Program-made: the position numbers and the translations under genes | DNA from: Balanoglossus misakiensis | Lineage: Eukaryota; Animalia; Hemichordata | NCBI GenBank assembly: GCA_040954595.2 | Contig: CM082579.2 | Coordinates: 7,863,625-7,927,624 of the forward strand | Reading direction: 5' to 3' | Length of the DNA: 64,000 nt | Shown: positions 53,001 to 64,000 of the stretch, one piece after another | Layout: each line of letters starts with the position of its first letter | Position numbering within the stretch: position 1 is the stretch's first letter | Notes under the pieces: model-generated | The model's database searches: none | What the model was told of the DNA's origin: nothing | Seen by the model: the letters and a program-made list of their open reading frames with translations, nothing else

Positions 53001-54075
53001 CAGAGTCGTTAGGCTCACCACCGGACCAGAGGCCACCTTCCACGGACACTTGTACATTATCATGTGTTTTCCATTCACCAAAACTGTCTTTATATACATT
53101 AATCCAAACACCTTCTCGGGACAAACCGTATTTCTCCAATTCATCTCGGGCTTCGTTAAATGTTTCGCTTTCATATACCTGGGCAAGGATCTGTCCTTGC
53201 TGTAGGCAGGCATTTACTGCATCTTGCCACTGTAACTTTTCTGTGATTATTTGATACCGCCCTTAAATGAATACAGAAATGTAATGTTAATAATGTATAT
53301 CCTGACACACGTATACATTCGTGTACATTCTGACATATACATCAAGTTTGGAGGCTGTAAGTTTGAACATACCTCGAGTATATCTCATGGCCAGTTGCCT
53401 GAACTTTGCAAAGGTGTCTAAATACATAGCATAGCTGGAGTCAGACACCACAGACAACAACTCGTCTTGGTCTGCATCCTGGAGACCAAGAGCAAAGATG
53501 TGCACAGGTGAGCTGGCATTCCAGCCAAGCGACATCAATTCCCGGTTGGCAACTTTTGGAGGCTCCCCGATGTTGGATTTCCCATTGGTGATCAAGAAGA
53601 CCACTTTCTTGGAGTCCTGGCGGCAGTTGAACAAGATGTCTCTGGCTTCCCGCAACGCGTCGGTGGTCGCCGTCCAACCGAACGTATCCCTCGATATCGT
53701 GTCGATGCGTGAGAATAGCTCGCATTTGTCCAGGTCGCCCGAATCTCCGCCATCGGGGATCGAATTGAAATCCACCGTGGGTCGCGTGCTATAGGTTACG
53801 ACGGCCACCCTCGTCCAATCCTTGTCGATTTTGAAGGGCGTCAGTAGGTTTTTTATGAAGGCGAAAACAGTGTCCATGCCTACCGGGTGAGACCTCAGAC
53901 TTCGCGACCGTTCAACCACAAACACGACGTCAACTTTCTCTTGGGACGCAGAGAGAAAGCCATCACGAATTACGTCCACTGCATCATCGACTTCAGTTGA
54001 TTCCGTGTAACAAGGCAAGGACCTGATGCTCACGAAAATTATACCGAGCCAGTTGAAATATTTCACGAAATGCAT
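11051..54075 (-). CDS. SVEP1/polydom-related type I transmembrane mosaic protein (vWA-CTLD-EGF-GCC2/3-CCPx2-EGFx4-pentraxin-EGFx7-SEA-GCC2/3-TM-Tyr-rich tail), about 1671 aa
   Basis: Exons with GT-AG boundaries and consistent phases: 53373-54075 (SP, vWA); 52982-53261 and 20790-20869 (CTLD); 20067-20219 (EGF-like); 19455-19610 (GCC2/3); 18749-18976 and 18168-18368 (CCP); 17623-17823, 17061-17174 and 16573-16704 (EGF); 15891-16093, 15296-15482 and 14771-15031 (pentraxin, WHHICVTW); 13570-14424 (EGFs); 13165-13321 and 12638-12801 (SEA, GSVIV); 12341-12499 (GCC2/3); 11051-11832 (TM and tail). The exons sum to 5016 nt, divisible by 3. The vWA-Cys-rich-GCC-CCP-EGF-pentraxin order resembles SVEP1. 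Confidence 0.85.
16310..16420 (-). mobile_element. Degenerate LINE (CR1/L2-like) ORF2 C-terminal fragment in an intron
   Basis: The translation [31 protein letters not shown] matches the G-x-R-x-F...P-x-LWN-x-LP motif typical of CR1/L2 ORF2 C-termini. Confidence 0.65.
20790..20869 (-). CDS. Exon 3 of the mosaic gene: C-terminal part of the C-type lectin domain
   Basis: Acceptor tttttatacag, donor gtaagt. It encodes (W)[26 protein letters not shown], matching the WND..C.....ICE end of CTLDs. Phase 2 in, phase 1 out. Confidence 0.8.
20928..21060. repeat. Compound microsatellite (GCAC/CA/GACA/CATA)n at the left edge of the satellite
   Basis: aagcacgcacgcac...acagacagac(atac)n abuts the first satellite monomer. 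Confidence 0.95.
21061..52299 (+). repeat. 88-bp AT-rich satellite array, about 31.2 kb, about 355 monomers
   Basis: Consensus GAAGAAATTTTGATATTTCGGAAAGTCGAAAAATTGTCATTTTTGGATGATTTTCATGAGCTATAACCCATGCTTTTCTTCAAAAAAT (88 nt, 25 G+C), repeated head-to-tail with few substitutions and a recurrent 71-bp deletion variant. Confidence 0.98.
52297..52602 (-). repeat. About 3.5 inverted copies of the 88-bp monomer
   Basis: aaatgacaat...actttgcgaaagttcaaaatttcttcat...catgggttatagctcatgaaaatcatcc is the reverse complement of the monomer. It joins the forward array at AAA with no spacer. Confidence 0.95.
52621..52927. repeat. Compound microsatellite (CA/GCAC/CATA)n at the right edge of the satellite
   Basis: aagcacacac...gcacgcac followed by about 210 bp of (cata)n. 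Confidence 0.95.
52982..53261 (-). CDS. Exon 2 of the mosaic gene: N-terminal part of the C-type lectin domain with EPN motif
   Basis: Acceptor ttcatttaag, donor gtaagt. The stop-free frame, not shown in the ORF track, reads [28 protein letters not shown]...GVWINV...GEWKT...[16 protein letters not shown](W). It has the CTLD hallmarks W..A...C, LA, WI, W..GEPN and C. Confidence 0.85.
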
Positions 54076-55712
54076 ACTGATATATACCGATAGTTGACTT
54101 TAAGGTTTCTGGCCAAAATGCCAAGTCGAACGAAACCTTTCCTTCAAGGGGCCAGGTCAGGTAAAAGGTATATCAACCGCACCCATGCATTCAGGAAGGT
54201 GAACACTGAAAATGCGGTACAATAGTAAAACCGCTCTGAAATGCTGGTGCCCAACAACGGAAATCAGTCAACGCGTGTAAGACGACAACGCTGCATTCAT
54301 ATATCCACAGTTTGGCACAAAATACCCCCGTCGTCAAGTTGCTTTCGCTTTCTTGCGGGAATATGCCACAAAACAGTCCCATGAAAGGACAGCAGTCGGT
54401 TGCTCCCCGTAAAAGGTCGGGTCAAAATTTGCCAATGAAAAGAGGGGTGAAAACTTTTGTGGTTAATCTGTACATATACAGTATAGTCCGAGGTCGTGTG
54501 TGGCGACTTTACTTTTGCACACATTTACCGCAGAAGTGTCTTCCATGATCAGACTTGCATGGACTGACAGGGTAAATCTAAATAATGTCGTCAGTTTCCA
54601 TATAAACTCAGCTCATGGCCAAAATACAGTAAAAGAGAAAGACTCTATGTTGAAAATCGAGGTCTAGACAGTGTTTTTTTCCGTAGAATGGTCGCAAGTG
54701 AACCCAGAAATCGCCTCCGAAATGGGTCAAGCGATGGTACAAACACTGTATTGTGCCTTCTGCATTGTTAGCATCTCGTGTATGGTGCGTGATTCTACTG
54801 CCTGATGAACAAACGACTGAAACCAGCCCTGACCCTCGAACGACATAGGAAAACAATTCGTTTCTGCAATGGCCATTTGATTTCAGAGGGGGAGTGGGTT
54901 GTATATTTGGATATGTCGGCAAACTTTTTTTCAGCCAGTGTTACAGCACATTCTTCATTCGATTTCATCTTTTGCCTCAAGGCATTACAGAAACAATGTC
55001 AAATCGCCTCTCTGTGTGGTTGCAAAAAATGTACATGTATGTTATAAATGCGACATTGTCTGTTGCCGATTTAAAATCCACTACATTTTTAAATATTTGT
55101 AATATATTAATTAATATTAATTTGTAATGAAAATTGTCAAAACATGACAAATTCCCGACTTTGCAAACTTTTGTGATTTTGCCATTTTTGCTTCCGTTCT
55201 GTATTAAGTGTTTGTGTCTCAGAGTATCGTCACATGTCTAAGAATGTCCTTCAACCACCGTCGTGCGCATAAGAAATCGGCGCTGAAATCACCGTTTGTA
55301 TTTGACCAGAGTTTCAATATATAAACGGCTGAGATTGTGACTCAGACGGCCAACAATTAATCCGATCACAAGACCGCAGTCAAACACATGAATATCTGGT
55401 AAACGATTAACAGTGGTGCTGCATTCTAACATAGGGGGTTGCAGGTACGTCTGTTAATTTTCACACAAAATGTTTCAGTTCTCGCCGGGGTTTTTTTTTT
55501 GCAGGACAGAGAAAATTCAACCATACACAGTGGAATAAGATGTCCTACTACTATATCTGTTCAACAAAGAATCTTTATTGGGAAAAAGAAAAACGACACA
55601 ATTTTAATTGTTCAGGAGCACCTTCCGTGTAAATCAACAATTTCATACCTGTGACTCCCTTTACTGTAATAACCGTGGTTCCTCGGTAGGTTTTTAGACC
55701 GTGACAGCGACG

Positions 55713-57288
55713 ATGACAGAACGGAGCCTAACCAACGAGACAGAATCAAGGCCTGATCAGTTTATTCTGAACACGTGGACCGTGATTTATAAGGCGTTTG
55801 GAGAAAACGACTTTCTGGTGTTCTTTTTCGGTAGGTATCAACGGATCTTACTCAAGTCTGTCCACATCACGTACGGGTGTTTGTGATCTGCACCATCAGG
55901 CAGGCGAAGTCCACAAAATTACTCATTAACATCCTCGTGAGTTGGGCCGCGTTCATTTTTCAGGAGGGGGGTGGGCGCAAACCATTGAAATGCCATAATA
56001 ATGCCAGTTTTGTTTTAATTTTGACATTTCAAATTCAGATAACCTCAATAGTTTCATGTGTTTGATTAATTTACCAGGTTCTATAATTGTTACCTCTGTG
56101 GCTTTCTTCGCTACCAATGGATTCTTCCTGGTTCTTGATTTCAACAAGAAGCCGCAGTTTTTGTACAAATATAAGATACAACCAAACGCAAAGGTGGGTC
56201 TTTAGAAGCGATTAATTTCACGCCCGGTAACTCTAATTTTGGCTATTTTCTGTATTTTTCTCCGTTGTATCAACTCCGGTATTTTGTTCTACTCGGCGCC
56301 CATGCAAAGATTTTGTTCACATTTGTTTTCTTATTCTCAAAGCTGAGCCGCCGAATGTTAAGAAGAGCTTTACTTCGACTTGGTAGAAATCACGCTTTTG
56401 TGTCCCTGCCCTCGTTTCTTGGCTGGTACTTCATCGCCAAGTGGCGCGGTTGCAGCTGCGGCTATGACGTGCCCACTGGTTGGCAGATCCTCCGAGATCT
56501 CCTCGTCACAGTCGCTGTCGAGGAAATTGGGTTCTATTACACTCACAGGTATGAGATATTATACGACATAATATTATATTATGCAAATATTTCTGTGCGA
56601 CGGTTGTGAATAACAACTTGACGCCTACGTTAAGAGCAATGATCCAGGCCTATCGAGAAGTCTGCAAGTCTTAGCATTTTCAAACGTGACAAAAATACCA
56701 CCTGAGTTTGTTTTCATCCAACGTCGGACATCATATAAAACGCTAAGTCCAACGCTATCCAGAATACAACAATGCAGATAACATAGATTTGAGTATTATT
56801 GTCGTAGGCTTCACTTGATGTAGAACTCACGTACGTTATCTTTGCAACCTACCGTGGACATTCAAGTTGTGGATAACGTTGACACCAGTCGTTTTGATTA
56901 GTTTTCTATGATATTCTTTACACACAGAGTGTGGCACCTTCCCTTCTTTTATCAGCGAATCCACAAAATACATCACAGATGGACAGCACCCGTCGGCATC
57001 GTCGCGGGATACCTTCATCCACTAGAGTATTTTGTCTCCGGTGTCGTTGTGGCGCTGGCTGGGCCAATCATCATGGGATCCCACATGCTGACGTCATGGA
57101 TTTGGTTGTTTGTCGGCGTCATGGCAACCACTGTTCACCACTCCGGTTACGCTTTTCCCGGGCCTCTACGCTACACAACAGAATTCCACGACTTCCATCA
57201 TTTGAAGTGAGATTTTTGTGAAATTATTTTATTTGATTATTGTTATGTCTGGCAATTTATGTCGGGCAAGAAAATCTTTCCCTCCACA

Positions 57289-57371
<83 letters not shown>

Positions 57372-57567
57372 GTGAAAAGGGTATACCAAACATAACACGC
57401 ATGTGCGGGACAGATTTTCTTTGGAATCTCACATACACCATTTTCGTTATGCATCCTTTCGCAGGTTCAACTACTGCTACGGTGTTGTGGGAATACTGGA
57501 CTACTTACACGGAACGGACACGTTGTTCCGAAACTACGCCACGGATAAAAAGACAACTTAAGTTGTG
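55713..57567 (+). CDS. FAXDC2: Fatty acid hydroxylase domain-containing protein 2-like (sterol desaturase superfamily), paralog 1, about 273 aa
   Basis: Exons 55713-55830, 56078-56193, 56343-56548, 56928-57206 and 57465-57567 (822 nt, GT-AG). His boxes THRVWH, IHKIHH, HHSGY and FHDFHH, plus C-terminal YGVVGILDYLHGTD. The symbol denotes family resemblance, not proven orthology. Confidence 0.85.
57289..57370. repeat. (GAT)n microsatellite, intronic
   Basis: Perfect atgatgatg run in intron 4 of paralog 1. Confidence 0.95.
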
Positions 57568-59872
57568 ATGGATAATCACAGACAATGACGAATGATTCCA
57601 ACAACAAAAATAAAAAAGGAAAAATATCGCCCATTTTTGATAAAATTTTGGTTACGTAAAGTTCCTTTTTGTACCGCCAAGACATGGCGTCTGCCTGTTG
57701 CAAATTAAGTACACATTTACATTCATATCATTACCTTTATCTATTAATCTCACGGACTGAGGAGGATCGTTTGACCACCAATTCAATGTAAACTCTTTCC
57801 ACTTCATTGCTGTATTTTCACGTTTTCACTTGCATTTATTTACACTTGTCTTTTCGTGCACCTCTGTGGAGTAAAATAGAAAAAAATGACCAGTGTTTTT
57901 GACTTTTTGTGCCTTTGGGTGAATAATCCGACGTCCATTGACCAGTCGTGACCTCTGGCAGAAATTGTGAAGTTATTTGCTGACTGCGCAAAAAACATTG
58001 TAGTGCCCGGAATACCGGGACACATCTCGATATGTGGTGGAAATTACAACCCCTTTGGCGTACATGTATTCAAGTACAGAAAAATATAGGTCTGCAATAC
58101 TTTGTGAACTTTATACGACAGGTCACGGCGTCGAATTTCAAGTGGACAGTTCATGAAGTTCTCCGGGCCGTTTGTTACGTCAAATGTGATTCGTCCTGTT
58201 GCCTCTGGATCGCACTCAACACCCATTTAAAACCCAACTTCTGTCTCCGTCACTATTGTGAAATTTCACGGCTGGGGACGAGCAAGAAAAAATCCTGACT
58301 CAGCACATTCCCCCATAACCATCGTTGCGAATAACTGAACTTGTCTCATGTGAACATCAGTACTTGACAGTTCATCGCCCGTTGTTTGTGTTTGACTTTT
58401 GTCTTACATTCATGGGATTGTTGAACTATTGACCTGCGGTGTGTGAAATTTCAACCAATTTGAGATACAAATAGAATTAGGGACCAATATAGCCATGGAA
58501 CATACGTCATACCAGTTCACACCTGTTTTTTTTAATTAAATAATCAAGATCGGTACAATCACATTTCAAAGTACATACTGACATTTGAAAAATGAGGACA
58601 CCTTCTGGTAAATCTGGTTATTAAAGGGACAAAGTGGCTCCGTTTTGACTTTTCTGTGGTATCAAGAATAAATGGAATAGTCATGTTAAGTCGTTCAAAA
58701 ATTACCCCTTTTCTGTATGCAAAGAGATCAATTTGTTCGTGACCTCTAGATGAAATGCCTACGTACTTACATAACAAGTTGGTTTCCCCAAGCAATTAAA
58801 TATTGCCACGGAGTATGGAAAAAAATCTGATATCCCTGAAAGGCACCACCAATCGAGATCTCATTGCAATGGCCCGCATGCGGTCGAAGTCACACCGCTT
58901 TGACAACTTTTCGTATCAAACAAACTTGACCAAGAATAAATGTCAAAAGCGATGATGTCCCTTTAATAGTTCAACAACCTTTCGTGACACCCCTTTCAAT
59001 GAACTCCCATATGTAACCTCATTCGATCGCATAATGTCCTCAATACCGGACAGGCAGACCAAAATATGTTTTCCGGTAACCTGACCCACATCCGTGTCAT
59101 AACCTACATAACATTTTTAAATCGTCATAAACACACTTTTTAATCTCCTGACTGTCTGAAATTGTCGAAATCCGCGCAGAAATTGCCGTTTGCTTTGGGC
59201 AAGGTGTAGCAAGAAACCTCGAGACCTGCCTACCCCATGTAGAGAAGAAAATAATATCTGTCAAAACGCCAACGAATAATTTTAATACTCATATACATTT
59301 GTAGTCGGGGCAAGGTCGACAGGAAGGCAATGATAACACGACGGGTTGATGAACTAACGTTCTGTTCAAAGGTCTCTTGATCCGTGGAGGCACTTAAGAA
59401 TAACTCACGTGATACCAGTGATAGCGTCAAAGATGAATCCAGCGTTCCGAAAGACAGTATCAACATTGCTCAAATCGCTGATGTGTACTCTAAATAACAC
59501 TTGTATCCTCCCACAATGCACTGCAAGAATGAATGCGCCAGTTTCAAAAATGTTCCCTTACTTTGTATAGAAGGTTCCAAGTTGGACAGGCTCATTTTTT
59601 AAAATAAAGTTTCATAGCAATTGTCCGAAATCATGGTGACGCAGATCATATCGTTCGAATTGACTAACCCGCATTTGTAACATCAGATCAATCGGCGATG
59701 TGTATTTTAGATCAAGCTGTGTGTCGTCTGCAACCATAAAAATGCGCAATAGCCTGCGCACATTGCATCGTTGAACGGAGGAGAGAGAGAGAGCAACTGC
59801 GTTTTATCAGATGCGTCACTCCACAGCCGAGCCACGAACAGCCAGAACGTGATTGCATGTACGCATATCAAG

Positions 59873-63353
<3,481 letters not shown>

Positions 63354-64000
63354 TCAGGACAGTGGATGTGGTCGCCATGGTTACTGGCGCTACGTGAGAT
63401 TGATACCCATAGACATACTGCAGTATGACTATCCATATGCTAAGATCAGTTTACTGCCTGTCATATGCCAATTCAATGCATACAGATATCAAGTCAAACA
63501 GTTAGAGGTCGAATATCGATAGCGACATGAACTTTCTATATATTAAGTGTCCAAATTTTGAAGTCGCAGCTGCGGCTGTATAAAGCTCCACTATCTGTAA
63601 TTTTGACTATTTTTCCGTTACTATTTGTTTTTGTGGGTTTATCAACCAAGAATTTATCACTTCAGCATGAAAAACAAGGACAAGTCACCCACCTTGCTAA
63701 TTGTCTGGATAACTTCCAAGTAAATTAGCCACATCTTCAATTATCGGGATAAAAATTCTAAAGCAATCCAATGTTATATCTGATGTACTGGCGTTGTGGG
63801 ACTCCGTGTTATCCTGCTACTGGTCGATTTGGTAATTTGCATTTCGCCAAATGGTGTTCCGGCTGGATAATTTTGCCTACTCAGACAACTTTCTGTTTTG
63901 CATTTCTGACATGAAATGGATTTCTGTGAGGATGAAATGTTTTTATATCAATGCATTACTAGTAATTAGTTTTAGATTTACTTCATGCTATTTCGCTGTG

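Noticed and set aside
52956-53213. Listed 85-aa ORF as a zinc-finger or ssDNA-binding remnant
   Set aside because: Wrong frame; another frame of the same DNA gives a clean C-type lectin exon with splice sites.
57204-57210. In-frame TGA after HHLK in both FAXDC2-like genes as selenocysteine or readthrough
   Set aside because: The TGA lies within the splice donor (AA/gtgag); splicing continues the frame into FN..YG.

Overview
Eukaryotic, intron-containing animal DNA; the gene content suggests a marine invertebrate, possibly an invertebrate deuterostome (inference). The dominant feature is an 18-exon minus-strand gene (54075 to 11051, about 1671 aa by my manual splicing, all phases consistent). 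It encodes an SVEP1/polydom-related type I membrane mosaic protein: signal peptide, vWA, C-type lectin (EPN), EGF-like, GCC2/GCC3, 2 CCP, 4 EGF, pentraxin, about 7 EGF, SEA, GCC2/GCC3, TM and a tyrosine-motif-rich tail. The lectin domain is missed by the ORF track and is split by a 32.1-kb intron. That intron is almost entirely an 88-bp satellite array (about 355 monomers) with higher-order duplications, a short inverted arm (foldback-like) and matching microsatellites on both flanks. To the left are a degenerate DED/OTU-like/NACHT locus and two C1q-domain paralogs. To the right are two tandem 5-exon FAXDC2-like fatty acid hydroxylase/sterol desaturase paralogs. All calls are manual; no database searches were run.
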